DNA of 64,000 nucleotides from Candidatus Anstonellaceae archaeon (GCA_038887295.1 JAWAKW010000001.1:238115-302114); one strand, 5' to 3'. Positions 18,425 to 27,961 are shown, counted from the first letter of the stretch. A program made the numbers and translations. The notes: a model not told the origin generated them from the letters alone.

Positions 18425-18553
18425 CTAATCTAAACCTCAGGGCCCCCTGAGGGTTCACCCCCAAAGGGCAACCGCAATTTTTTTGGTATGGGGATCTAAT
18501 CTAATCCTTAGCGCCCCCTCACTGTTCAACCCGAATGGTAACCGCAATTTTTT
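18425..18553 (+). repeat. Two tandem, roughly 58-nt imperfect direct repeats, each ending AACCGCAATTTTTT(T)
   Basis: R1 at 18425-18483 and R2 at 18497-18553, about 75% identical. R1 contains the hairpin CCTCAGGG-CCCC-CTGAGG. Both end in oligo-T. Confidence 0.5.
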
Positions 18554-18739
18554 GGAAAGAGTTTGCCAAAAATAAGACAACCCACTATTCTGCAAACTTT
18601 TTTTCTTCAACCCCCAAACTCCCCAGCAGATCTAGTGTTTGCCTTAGGGGTTGAGGAAAGGGGACAATAGAAACGCTGGTGTTCCCTTTCCTTACAAAGG
18701 GTTTTAATTTTCATTGGGGTTTGAATATAAGTTGGGAGG

Positions 18740-20350
18740 ATGGCAGAGCAATTTACAGAAAAGGAAAAGGAGATTTTGCTTCAGTTTTGCACCAATGTGG
18801 ATAGCGACTGCTTTGCCCTGATTAATTTGCCTGAGGTGGTGAAAGGTGCGCTTTTTTCGCGCTATTCGCGCTCCTCGCTTTCCTTGCGTAGGCTGCTTTT
18901 GAATGAGTTCATAAACAATCCTGAATCTGGCTTTACTGATTTGGTGGCAAACAAGACAGTCACAGACCAAATAATTGCTACAAAAAAGGCAGAGGAGTTT
19001 TATGACAGGGTATTGATCGGATATGGCGATGATTCAGTTGCAGAACTTGGAGGAGCTCATTTGGCAGCTGAAAATATCTCTATCCTTTTGACCAAATACC
19101 TCCAAGACAGCAGAATTGGGATTTCTCCCCTTGAAAAATCCACCCGCTATGTGTTTTTTGACCAAAAGGAAAATGGGGGCTACAAATATCTAAAAGAAAA
19201 GAAAATTATGGCATCCGCGTTTGCAGGCGAATATCAGCGGGTTTGCGATTTGCTTTTTGAGACATATTCTTCGCTCATTCAACCTCTTTCAAAATTGGAG
19301 GAGGAGAAAAACCCACCACCTACAGATGTTTCAGAGAGAGCATACAAAGCCAGCATTCGGGCAAAGGTGTGCGATATTTTGCGGGGAATCCTTCCAGCCT
19401 CTACTCTTACCAATGCAGGCTTTTTCGGCAATGGGAGGGCATTTGAGTATATGCTTGCCAAGCTTTATGCTTCTCCTCTTTCTGAGGCGCGTGAGTTTGC
19501 CCAAAAAGCGCACGAGGAACTAAGCAAAGTAATTCCTTCATTTGTGAAGAGGGCAAATGACAAATATGGCAAAGAGCTTCAATCCTATCTGGCGCAGTGC
19601 CATCAGGCAATAAGCCAAATTGCCTCGAGCTTGCCGCAGCTTCAGCAGCAGGTGCGCGCCGAGCCGCAGGTTTTGCTGATAGATTATGATAAAGATGCCT
19701 ATGACAAGGTGATTGCGGCAATCCTATTTCCGCATTCGCGTGTTTGCATGAGCGAAATCCTTCAGCAGGTTGCTGCCTTAAGCAAGCAAGAAAAGCAGAA
19801 AATCCTTACAGCATATGTGGGCAACAGAAGCAACCGGAGGCAAAAGCCCGGCAGGGCTTTTGAAATACCTTACTATACTTTTTGCATAACTGGCAATTTT
19901 GGGATGTACCGCGACCTGCACCGCCACAGAATCCTCACCCAAGAGCGCCAGCTTCTTTCAACCAAGCATGGTTTTGACATGCCGCAAGAAATAGTCGAGG
20001 CTGGGTTTGAAGATAAGGTTCAGGCAGCAGTTGAAGCAGCAGATAGGCTTTACTCAGAAATGTCTTCCCAGATGCCTTATGAGGCGCAGTATGTGGTTCC
20101 GCTTGGCTGCAGGATGCGCTGGTACATGAGGATGAACCTCAGAGAAGCCTATCATTTATGCGAACTTCGTTCCATGCGCCAGGGGCACAAAGACTACAGA
20201 AAAGTGGCGCAAGAAATACATCGCTTGATTTCCAGTGTGCACCCCGAGCTTGCCGAAGGGATGAAGTTTGTGGACTATCAGGACTATGAGCTTGAAAGGC
20301 TGGAGGCAGAAAAAAAGCTAGACAAAAAGCTGCAGCAGCTGAAGAAATGA
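18740..20350 (+). CDS. thyX: FAD-dependent thymidylate synthase (ThyX)-like protein, unusually long (536 aa)
   Basis: ThyX motifs in the C-terminal half: RHRILTQERQ (RHRxxSxxQxSxR-like), then VVPLGCRMRWYMRMNLREAYHLCELRSMRQGHKDYRKVAQEI (ARxxLP...NLRxLxHFxxLR...AQxEI pattern). Also FSRYSRS near the N-terminus. Confidence 0.55.
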   Translation: MAEQFTEKEKEILLQFCTNVDSDCFALINLPEVVKGALFSRYSRSSLSLRRLLLNEFINNPESGFTDLVANKTVTDQIIATKKAEEFYDRVLIGYGDDSVAELGGAHLAAENISILLTKYLQDSRIGISPLEKSTRYVFFDQKENGGYKYLKEKKIMASAFAGEYQRVCDLLFETYSSLIQPLSKLEEEKNPPPTDVSERAYKASIRAKVCDILRGILPASTLTNAGFFGNGRAFEYMLAKLYASPLSEAREFAQKAHEELSKVIPSFVKRANDKYGKELQSYLAQCHQAISQIASSLPQLQQQVRAEPQVLLIDYDKDAYDKVIAAILFPHSRVCMSEILQQVAALSKQEKQKILTAYVGNRSNRRQKPGRAFEIPYYTFCITGNFGMYRDLHRHRILTQERQLLSTKHGFDMPQEIVEAGFEDKVQAAVEAADRLYSEMSSQMPYEAQYVVPLGCRMRWYMRMNLREAYHLCELRSMRQGHKDYRKVAQEIHRLISSVHPELAEGMKFVDYQDYELERLEAEKKLDKKLQQLKK

Positions 20351-21586
20351 TCACTTGAGCACTCCTAGCTTCTTTCCTACTTTTTCAAATGCAGCCAACG
20401 CATCATTCAGGTCTTCTTTGGTGTGCGCAGCACCCATCATAGTCCTTATCCTCGCCTTGTCGCGCGCAACCATCGGATAGACGATGGGTAGGGCAAATAC
20501 TCCTTCTGCAAAAAGCTCCCTGGAAAATTCTTGGGCAAGCTTGGATTCGCCCAGCATCACAGGAGTGATGGGTGTTTGGCTGTTTCCTATGTCAAACCCT
20601 GAGCTGACAAGCTGGCTTTTCCAGTAGCGGGTGTTTTTCCACAGTTTTCTGACAGGCCGGTCATCCTTTTCAAGAAGCTCAATTGCCGCCTTGCAGGCTG
20701 CAACGGTTGCAGGCGGAGCAGAGCCTGAAAGCAAAAAGGAGCGCGCCTTGTTTTGCAGGAAATCGTAAAGTGCCTGGCTTCCTGCCACATACCCGCCCAC
20801 TACCCCGAAAGCTTTGGAAAATGTTCCCATTTCCACCTCTATCTTGCCTTCAAGGTGGAAATGCGAAACAATCCCTCTTCCGTGGTCCCCAAGAACTCCG
20901 TCACCGTGTGCATCATCCACATAAACAAAAGCATCATACTGGTGCGCAAGCTTCTCTATCTGGTCCAGTGGGGCAATATCTCCATCCATGGAAAAGACGC
21001 CATCAGTAATCACCCATATTTTCTTGTATGTCCCTTTGGCTCGCGCCTCCTTGAGTATCCTTTCCAAATCCTGCATATCACAGTGCTTGTAGATGGCACG
21101 CTCTGCCTTGCTTAACCTGACGCCATCAATTATGCTTCCGTGGTTAAGCTCATCTGAAACAAGCAAATCTCCTTCCACCCCAAGCTGCGGGATTGAGCCT
21201 TGGTTTGCCGCAAACCCGGTCTGAAAGTAAAGTGCAGCTTCGGTATGCTTGAACTTCGCAATTGCCTTTTCAAGCTCCAAATGCAAATCCATGGTGCCGG
21301 CAATTGCCCGCACCGAGCCTGAGCCAGCCCCGTGGGTTTTGGTTGCTTCAATTGCGGCTTTTTTGAGCTTAGGATGGACAGAAAGCCCCAGATAATTGTT
21401 TGAGCAAAGCATTATCACATCTTTGCCGTCCACATTGCAGCGCGGGGTGCTTGGGCCAGAAAGCCTGCGAAGCTGCCAGTTCAGCCCGCTTTGCTTTAAT
21501 GCATCCACTTCCGCCTTAAGATAAGTGTCCAGCTGCATCTTCTCACCAATTTGTTTTTTCAGGCAAGCTTTTAATTTGAGCGGCAT
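20351..21586 (-). CDS. PLP-dependent acyl-CoA:amino-acid C-acyltransferase (2-amino-3-ketobutyrate CoA ligase / 8-amino-7-oxononanoate synthase family)
   Basis: Class-II aminotransferase fold. PLP-lysine motif MGTFSKAFGVVGGYVAG. HGSGS-type G-rich loop. Confidence 0.8.
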   Translation of the reverse strand: MPLKLKACLKKQIGEKMQLDTYLKAEVDALKQSGLNWQLRRLSGPSTPRCNVDGKDVIMLCSNNYLGLSVHPKLKKAAIEATKTHGAGSGSVRAIAGTMDLHLELEKAIAKFKHTEAALYFQTGFAANQGSIPQLGVEGDLLVSDELNHGSIIDGVRLSKAERAIYKHCDMQDLERILKEARAKGTYKKIWVITDGVFSMDGDIAPLDQIEKLAHQYDAFVYVDDAHGDGVLGDHGRGIVSHFHLEGKIEVEMGTFSKAFGVVGGYVAGSQALYDFLQNKARSFLLSGSAPPATVAACKAAIELLEKDDRPVRKLWKNTRYWKSQLVSSGFDIGNSQTPITPVMLGESKLAQEFSRELFAEGVFALPIVYPMVARDKARIRTMMGAAHTKEDLNDALAAFEKVGKKLGVLK

Positions 21587-21614
21587 TCAGGCTTGTTCAA
21601 GCTTTTAAATAAGG

Positions 21615-22409
21615 GTGGCAGAAAATCTTATGATGCACCACCTCTTGCGGTTTTATTTTGGAGAGGGCAAACCCAAAATGTTTTTCCGCAGTTTGGGCGA
21701 GGTAGGAGTACTGGAGCTTGAGCCAGGCAGGTTTTTGGATATGGATTTCAGCTCCCGCATCTGCTGCATAGGGTACAAAAGCCCAGAGGGTTTTTGCCCC
21801 TGCCCCAACAGCGCAGTGCATACGCGCCAGTGTCCCACCTGCTCTTTTAGAGATATTTCTCGCGTCTACACAGTGGGGGATTTTTCTGCGTACCCTCAGC
21901 TTTACGAGGAGGCAAAGCAGGAGGAATATTGCATTTACCTTGCCCAGTTTGGCACCCAAATTACAAAATGCGGAGTTACTCGCACGCAGCGGTTTGAAAG
22001 CAGGATGCTGGAGCAAGGGGCAGACTTTGGCTGCATAATTGCAAAGTTTGTTGGGCCAGACAAAGTATATCAGGCAGAAGCAGAATTGCAGTCGCGCTTT
22101 ATGTTTGCCAATTCGGTAAGAATCTCCCAAAAGCTGAGGCTTCTTTCATTTGACCGGCAAGAGGCAGTGGAGCGCTTGCGCCAAGCAGCAGAGCTTGTCC
22201 GTTCTTCCCAAATATTGCCAGACTTTGAGCCTCACATTCAGGATTTCACCTCATTTTATCCGCAGGTAAATCAAGTGAAGCTTGCAGATTCGGTTTTGGG
22301 CAAACTCCTTGGCGCAAAAGGTGAGCTTCTTTTTTTCAGATCTGAGCTGGGCAAGGAATTTGCGGTGAATATGCGCCAAAAGGTTGGCACATTTTTTGAA
22401 TATCAGTAA
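21615..22409 (+). CDS. Hypothetical protein with a Cys cluster (CPCPNSAVHTRQCPTC)
   Basis: More protein-like than the overlapping antisense ORF 21597-22130. No assignable family. Confidence 0.4.
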   Translation: MAENLMMHHLLRFYFGEGKPKMFFRSLGEVGVLELEPGRFLDMDFSSRICCIGYKSPEGFCPCPNSAVHTRQCPTCSFRDISRVYTVGDFSAYPQLYEEAKQEEYCIYLAQFGTQITKCGVTRTQRFESRMLEQGADFGCIIAKFVGPDKVYQAEAELQSRFMFANSVRISQKLRLLSFDRQEAVERLRQAAELVRSSQILPDFEPHIQDFTSFYPQVNQVKLADSVLGKLLGAKGELLFFRSELGKEFAVNMRQKVGTFFEYQ

Positions 22410-23107
22410 AAACCTTCCGGCCTCAAAAGAAAATCTATGCCCTCGTCATGCTGTGCAAGTTCAAGCAGGCTTTTGTCATTCATCTTGGAATAAACCCCAA
22501 ACGATAAGCAGAATTTAGCTGCGGTTTTTTTGCGTATTTCAAACCCTTCGCCATAATTTCGGTTCCTCACCAGTTTGCCTCCATGAAGCTCATAAAAGCA
22601 GGCCCCCTTCATCTGCGCAAACATGCTGTAGTCAGCCTCAAACTCATCCGAAACAAGATTTGCAAGCAAAAGCGGCTCCAAAGTCGGGTTGATTGTCACA
22701 TGGCCATAGCCTGGGGGGATCAGCACCTTTTCCCCCTTTTTGGCAGAAACCAAAATCGCATCCTGCACCCCCAATCCACTTACCTTCTGAAGAAGAAAAT
22801 GCGCCTTCCCTTCCAACACCTCGTACGCTTCTGCCCACGGTGTGCCAGATGGGGATTTGGGGTGCGTATGGCCAAAAGTCTTGTTGTACTCTCCGCCCAG
22901 GTCAAATGCAAGTATTTTTGTTATGTCATACCTTAGCCGCCCGAATTTTTTCACAGCACGGTACATGAAGTAAAGCGGCGTTTCTGGCTCTATATTAGCC
23001 TTCTGTGGATGCGCAAGAACAGGAAGCATTTGAGCAAAGGTTCGCACAGAAGGCGAAATTTTCCTTCCCTCAAATACCAATTCAGCCCCTTCAAACTCCA
23101 TCTTCAT
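22403..23107 (-). CDS. pgiA: Cupin-type glucose-6-phosphate isomerase (archaeal cPGI)
   Basis: Metal-binding cupin motif FGHTHPKSPSGTPWAEAYEVLEGKAHF...PPGYGHVTIN, as in Thermococcales-type PGI. Confidence 0.7.
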   Translation of the reverse strand: MKMEFEGAELVFEGRKISPSVRTFAQMLPVLAHPQKANIEPETPLYFMYRAVKKFGRLRYDITKILAFDLGGEYNKTFGHTHPKSPSGTPWAEAYEVLEGKAHFLLQKVSGLGVQDAILVSAKKGEKVLIPPGYGHVTINPTLEPLLLANLVSDEFEADYSMFAQMKGACFYELHGGKLVRNRNYGEGFEIRKKTAAKFCLSFGVYSKMNDKSLLELAQHDEGIDFLLRPEGFY

Positions 23108-23592
23108 TTCTTTCCCTTCCGCTTCTTTGGCAGCTTGCCTTCCCCTTTTTCTTTCAGGGCAAAAAGCTCATCTTTTATAGGGCAAATTGAAGTAAGGCCG
23201 CTTTGCCCCTTGTATTTTTCAAGCTTTTCTTTTTTCAGCTTTTCAACTATGATGTAAAGGAAGGTGGAAAATTCATGCAAATCAACGTCATATTCCCGCG
23301 CAACTTCCTCGCACCGCTGAAGCAGCTTCACTACATCAACCAATAGGCGCGGCGGTATTTTGCCATTCTTGCGCGCCCTTATCTTCTCCAAGAGCAAAAG
23401 CCGCGTCAGCTGAAGTTCTTTTATTATCCTGCGCACCTTTTGGCTTTTGTGTTCTGCCTTTATCTTAAAGTCAGAGGAAAGCTGAATAACAGTTTCCCAT
23501 GAAACTTCGCCAAGATTTTGGCTTATCTGCACAGGAAGCGAATACCTTGCCGCAAAGGGCTCATCTTGCTTTATCGGGCTCATCTTGTTCAT
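23104..23592 (-). CDS. Hypothetical protein with a K-rich C-terminus, translationally coupled to pgiA
   Basis: 162-aa ORF. Its stop overlaps the pgiA start (ATGA). Confidence 0.45.
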   Translation of the reverse strand: MNKMSPIKQDEPFAARYSLPVQISQNLGEVSWETVIQLSSDFKIKAEHKSQKVRRIIKELQLTRLLLLEKIRARKNGKIPPRLLVDVVKLLQRCEEVAREYDVDLHEFSTFLYIIVEKLKKEKLEKYKGQSGLTSICPIKDELFALKEKGEGKLPKKRKGKK

Positions 23593-23641
23593 TTCCTTCT
23601 CTCAGCTCCTCTTTAAAAGGTTACGCAAAAAACAACATCTG

Positions 23642-25156
23642 ATGCAAAAAGAGCTTGGAGTGGTAATTTCAACCGAAGACGGCCCAACTACTTTAGAGTT
23701 TGACTTCGTCATCTCAAACGCTTCTGCAAGGAAAGGCCAATTTGTCGCGGTGATGTCTGCACAAGGGCAGGTAATCGGCTCAATCACAGAGATAGCCAAA
23801 GCAAACCGGTATTTCGAAAGGGCAGAATCTGTCGCAGGCTATGAGAGAAACAGCCCAATTTCTGAGTCTTTTCCAGCTTCAGAATGGGAATACAGTGTTG
23901 CCAAGGTGGCAGTGCACGGCGTTTTTTCCGACAGCGGCATCCTTCGCTCCACCTTCCCCGTTAGCCCAGGAAGCAAGGTGTTTGAGGCAGAGGAAGAGAC
24001 ACTCAAAAAATTTCTGCAGCTTGACCCATCCGGGCTTTATATCGGGACGCTTCAGCACCACGGGCTGCAAATAAAGCTTTCAATGTCCAAGCTTTTCCAG
24101 AAGCACCTTGCAATCCTTGCAATGTCGGGTAGCGGAAAATCCTACCTTACTTCTGTTCTTATTGAGGAGCTTCTGGACCGCCCTGCGCAGCTTGGCAGGC
24201 TTGCAGTGGTGGTGATAGATAACCACGGCGAATACGTCGGCTTCAAAAATACCTCGTACTCGCGCCAGACCCAGATAGTCAACGGCAAGCAGTTCAAAAT
24301 CGCCTACCGGCGGATTTCGCCGCAGATGATTCATGAGTGGATACCGGAAATGTCAGTGACGCAATACCGCGAGCTTGTGCCGATAATGGCTGCGCTTAAA
24401 AGGGAAATGAAGCAGACTGGCAAGGCATTGAAACTTAAAGATCTAATAGAAGCTGTGGAATCCAATCTGAATGACAAGAAAAAGGAAAACATCAAGCGCC
24501 CACTTGTAAGCTGGCTTGCCGAGCTGGACTCTCTGAAGATAATTTCAGACTTGGACAACCCACCACTTGAAAAAGCCGTCGAGCCAGGCAAGCTTTTTGT
24601 GCTTGATTTGTCTGACCTTGAAAACCAGCGCAAAAAGCAAATAATCGTCTCTTACCTTTGCAGAAGGCTGTTTAGGCTGCGCAAAAAGGAAAAGATTGCC
24701 CCATTTTTGCTGGTGGTGGAAGAGGCACACAACTTTGCCCCAGAAAAAGCAGAAAAGCACCATGCGCTTGCAAAAGGGCCAATAATCACAATTGCTCGGG
24801 AAGGAAGGAAATTTGGTGCCTGCCTCTGCCTAATTTCGCAGCGGCCAGTGCACCTTGCCACAAGCGCACTTTCGCAATGCAACACCAACATAATCTTGCG
24901 TATGACCAATCCGTTTGACATAGACCATGTGGGCCAATCTTGCGAAGGCATAGACCGCGGTATGCTGGATTCAATAACTACTCTCCGCGTCGGAGAGGCA
25001 TTGCTTGTAGGGGAGGCAACTGGCTCGCCAATCTTTGTCAAAATCAGGAAAAGGAAAAGCGAGTTTTCCTCAAAAGGCAAGGACCTTGAGCTTCTTTCAA
25101 AAAGCTTTGAGCAGGCGTGGATGCAAAAGAAGCAGGATGTGGAGGCGTTTTTGTGA
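23642..25156 (+). CDS. HerA-like (DUF87, FtsK/HerA superfamily) ATPase
   Basis: N-terminal HAS-barrel-like region. Walker A LAMSGSGKSY. Walker B/DEAH-like FLLVVEEAHNFAP. ISQRPVHL...NTNIILRMTNPFD sensor block. Start placed at the internal Met (MQKELGVVIST). Confidence 0.75.
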   Translation: MQKELGVVISTEDGPTTLEFDFVISNASARKGQFVAVMSAQGQVIGSITEIAKANRYFERAESVAGYERNSPISESFPASEWEYSVAKVAVHGVFSDSGILRSTFPVSPGSKVFEAEEETLKKFLQLDPSGLYIGTLQHHGLQIKLSMSKLFQKHLAILAMSGSGKSYLTSVLIEELLDRPAQLGRLAVVVIDNHGEYVGFKNTSYSRQTQIVNGKQFKIAYRRISPQMIHEWIPEMSVTQYRELVPIMAALKREMKQTGKALKLKDLIEAVESNLNDKKKENIKRPLVSWLAELDSLKIISDLDNPPLEKAVEPGKLFVLDLSDLENQRKKQIIVSYLCRRLFRLRKKEKIAPFLLVVEEAHNFAPEKAEKHHALAKGPIITIAREGRKFGACLCLISQRPVHLATSALSQCNTNIILRMTNPFDIDHVGQSCEGIDRGMLDSITTLRVGEALLVGEATGSPIFVKIRKRKSEFSSKGKDLELLSKSFEQAWMQKKQDVEAFL

Positions 25157-25161
25157 ACAAT

Positions 25162-26079
25162 ATGCGAGTACAAAGCATTCCGGATTCCTATTGGCTGCAT
25201 TACATCATCAAACTTTTCAAAAAGGAGAAGAAAGCCATTCCTTTCATAGAGCACAACAACGAACCTTTTTCAAATGAAGGGTCGCGGCGGAAAAGATACA
25301 AAGAGCTTACTCAGCGCATTGCAGATGCTGGATTCGGGAAAAATGCATCTTGGCTTTCTTTGACTGTTTCGCAAAAAATTAGCCAGATGAAATCGCTCAA
25401 AGACGAGTATGGGAAAAGTGCCTACGAATATGTTTTTGATGCCGCCAAGATTTTTGGGGTTAAGCCTTCTGCATTGCTTTCAATTATAATGTGCGAAAAC
25501 AGCAATCTGGATGTGCGGTTTGAAAATAAGAAGAGCAAAAACGACTCTGACAAAGGGCTGATGCAAATTTCCGACGAAACACGTCTCTCGCTCAATCAGC
25601 CTGCAGTTGCGCAAAGGCTTGCTTCCTTCCTTGGGCAAAAAAAGCTGGAAGAGCTTGGAAGGCTTTTCGGGCTAGAATACAGCGGAGGCACCCTTGAAAG
25701 ATTTGCATCCAGGATAATAGAAAAAATAACCGGCTACAATTCTTTCTCAGGCAAGCTTTCTTTAGAGGAAGCATTCAAGCTGAAGCACAACATCTTCGCC
25801 GGCGCAATCTACTTTTTCATCAACCTCAAGGATTTCGAACACAATTATGTCCTTGCTGCATTTTCTTACAATGCAGGAAGAAGAAGGCTTAACAATTTCC
25901 TTGATGCAGAGCGCACCAGAAACCCTGAAAGGCAAAAAGAAGCAGAGCAAAACGGGATAAACTATGCTTCACAGTTTTGGGGCTATTTCTGCGTTTTTGA
26001 GTCTTATTTTGCAGGAAAAGGGGGCAAGAAACTTGCTTTACATTCGCAGTCATCTTTTGAGTCAATAAATAAGTTTTAA
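25162..26079 (+). CDS. Soluble lytic transglycosylase (SLT, family 1) domain protein with no signal peptide
   Basis: SLT catalytic motifs ...CENS..., DKGLMQISDETR and AAFSYNAGRRR. The start at 25162 is 6 nt after the HerA-like stop. Confidence 0.6.
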   Translation: MRVQSIPDSYWLHYIIKLFKKEKKAIPFIEHNNEPFSNEGSRRKRYKELTQRIADAGFGKNASWLSLTVSQKISQMKSLKDEYGKSAYEYVFDAAKIFGVKPSALLSIIMCENSNLDVRFENKKSKNDSDKGLMQISDETRLSLNQPAVAQRLASFLGQKKLEELGRLFGLEYSGGTLERFASRIIEKITGYNSFSGKLSLEEAFKLKHNIFAGAIYFFINLKDFEHNYVLAAFSYNAGRRRLNNFLDAERTRNPERQKEAEQNGINYASQFWGYFCVFESYFAGKGGKKLALHSQSSFESINKF

Positions 26080-26105
26080 AGCTGAAGCGCAGAAAGGCAA
26101 AGCGT

Positions 26106-27017
26106 ATGCGCAAGGCAAACCAGGTGAGAAAAGACCATCTGGGAAGGCTGGTGGTGCTCACTCAAACGCGAAGCAGCAGGCCACACGATTTCCATCCGCA
26201 AAAGCCTCAAAAGCTTCAGGATCCGGCAAATTGCTTTTTTTGTCCAGGCAATGAGCATCTTACTCCCCCCGAGCTTTTCAGGGTGGAGCGTGAAGGGAAG
26301 TGGGAAGTGAGGGTTTTCCCAAACAAGTTTCCAGCATTTGAGCAGGCAAGCGCTTCTGCTTATGGGCGGCATGAAGTGATTGTGGAAACGCCCAACCATT
26401 ATGCAACCCTCTCTGAGCTTTCTTCGCAGAACCTTTATGATTACCTTTGGGCGCTTTCTGTGCGCCTGGCGGATGCCAAAAAAGACAGCAGATTGAAATA
26501 CACCGCGATTTTCAAAAACGAAGGCAAAGAAGCAGGCTGCTCTTTGGAGCACACTCACAGCCAGCTTGTCAGCATGGGCTTTGTCCCACCTTTCATAAAA
26601 AAGATGGCAAAGAAAGGCAAGGCGTTTGAAAAGCTTGCTTCAAACCGCAAGCTTTGCTGGGCAGAAAACCAGCATTTTGTTGCAGTCTGCCCCAAGGCGC
26701 CGCGCTTCCACCTGGAAACCCTCATCCTCCCGCGTATGCGGGCATCCTCGCTTGACTGCCTCAAGCAGGAGCAGCTTGAAAGTCTTGCGGAACTGCTCAA
26801 GCTGGTGCTGGAGGCAATTGACAAGGCAGCAAGCTTCCCGCCTTACAATATAATTTTCCACAATGCACCCCACAACGTCTCAGACTTTCCTTTCCATCTG
26901 CAAATCACCCCCAGGATTTCAACTTGGGCTGGCTTTGAGCTTGGGACAGAGATAGTGATGCTTTCAGAATTCCCTGAGGATTCTGCAAAGAAGCTAAGGG
27001 AGATTTGTAAGCAATAA
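26106..27017 (+). CDS. Galactose-1-phosphate uridylyltransferase-like HIT-family nucleotidyltransferase
   Basis: CFFCPGNE zinc/active-site motif. HIT-like LEHTHSQLV. Duplicated half-domain architecture. Confidence 0.65.
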   Translation: MRKANQVRKDHLGRLVVLTQTRSSRPHDFHPQKPQKLQDPANCFFCPGNEHLTPPELFRVEREGKWEVRVFPNKFPAFEQASASAYGRHEVIVETPNHYATLSELSSQNLYDYLWALSVRLADAKKDSRLKYTAIFKNEGKEAGCSLEHTHSQLVSMGFVPPFIKKMAKKGKAFEKLASNRKLCWAENQHFVAVCPKAPRFHLETLILPRMRASSLDCLKQEQLESLAELLKLVLEAIDKAASFPPYNIIFHNAPHNVSDFPFHLQITPRISTWAGFELGTEIVMLSEFPEDSAKKLREICKQ

Positions 27018-27301
27018 TGTACATTTTTGTTCATTGTTACACTTCTTTTTATACTCTTCTTATCAGAAGTCTGCCAGTCTTCTGTGGTGAGGGAGAACAT
27101 GTCGCATCAGAATCGTGCGCTTAGCATGAATAACACCCAAAAAAGCAATGCGTTTGCCCAGCTGTTTTACAAGGATGCAATAGTGAAATTCATAGAAAAA
27201 ATCGCACCTAAAGTTTCGCGCCTGCGTCACACGCTTTTGAGGGTGGAAAAAATCCAAACATTCAGGCTTGGGGGCAAAAAGGTAATTAAAATCGTCTTCT
27301 C

Positions 27302-27961
27302 ATGAGGGTGGAAAAAATGAAGCGCTTCCTCGTGCTTTCAGAAGGCTTTGAGCATTTAAGCTACCCTCTTGGGAAAGAAAAGCTTCCTGCTGAATTTGAG
27401 CACAACAAAGAAAGGTTCTTTCTTTTGAAGGCAGCAAGCGAGCTTGAGGCGCAGGCAATTGTTGCAGCAGCAGAGGAGTTGCAGCAGCACACGGCATTAC
27501 CTGTAGGCTATCTTTTTTCTGAAGGGGCATTTTACCTGGTTTGCAGGCGCAAAGGGAAAAAGCCAAAGGCAGAAGAAATGGCTCCGGTGCAGAGGTTTTC
27601 TTTTGCTTTGGCTGCCATCCGCCGGCTTGCAGCAATACACTCGCAAGGGCTTTGCTGTGGTGGGCTTCCGGCAGATGCGGTTGAATTTTCAGGCAACCAG
27701 GTTTTCTTAAGCGACCCAACACGGCTTTGCGCAGAGGCAGGGGCGCACGAGATGTTTTTTGAGGCGGCTGCAACTTTGGCCTTGCTGAAAAGTAAGGAAT
27801 TTGCTTTGCAGTCTCAGCTTGGGCAGCTTGCTTGGGAATACATTTCCTTTTCGCCAATCTGCCGCCATGCAGTCTGCTTTTATGTTAAAGACAAGGGCAT
27901 GCCATTTTCCCCAAAAGAGGCTTTGGTTCAGGCGGCAGCGAAGTATTCCTCATTTTTTTAG
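27302..27961 (+). CDS. Hypothetical protein (219 aa)
   Basis: ORF with an SD-like GAGGGTGG upstream. A 92-aa ORF (27027-27305) lies upstream, coupled by an ATGA overlap. Confidence 0.4.
   Translation: MRVEKMKRFLVLSEGFEHLSYPLGKEKLPAEFEHNKERFFLLKAASELEAQAIVAAAEELQQHTALPVGYLFSEGAFYLVCRRKGKKPKAEEMAPVQRFSFALAAIRRLAAIHSQGLCCGGLPADAVEFSGNQVFLSDPTRLCAEAGAHEMFFEAAATLALLKSKEFALQSQLGQLAWEYISFSPICRHAVCFYVKDKGMPFSPKEALVQAAAKYSSFF

Noticed and set aside
26076-26558. 160-aa minus-strand ORF overlapping the GalT-like gene
   Set aside because: Antisense to a gene with clear HIT/GalT motifs. The translation is non-protein-like.
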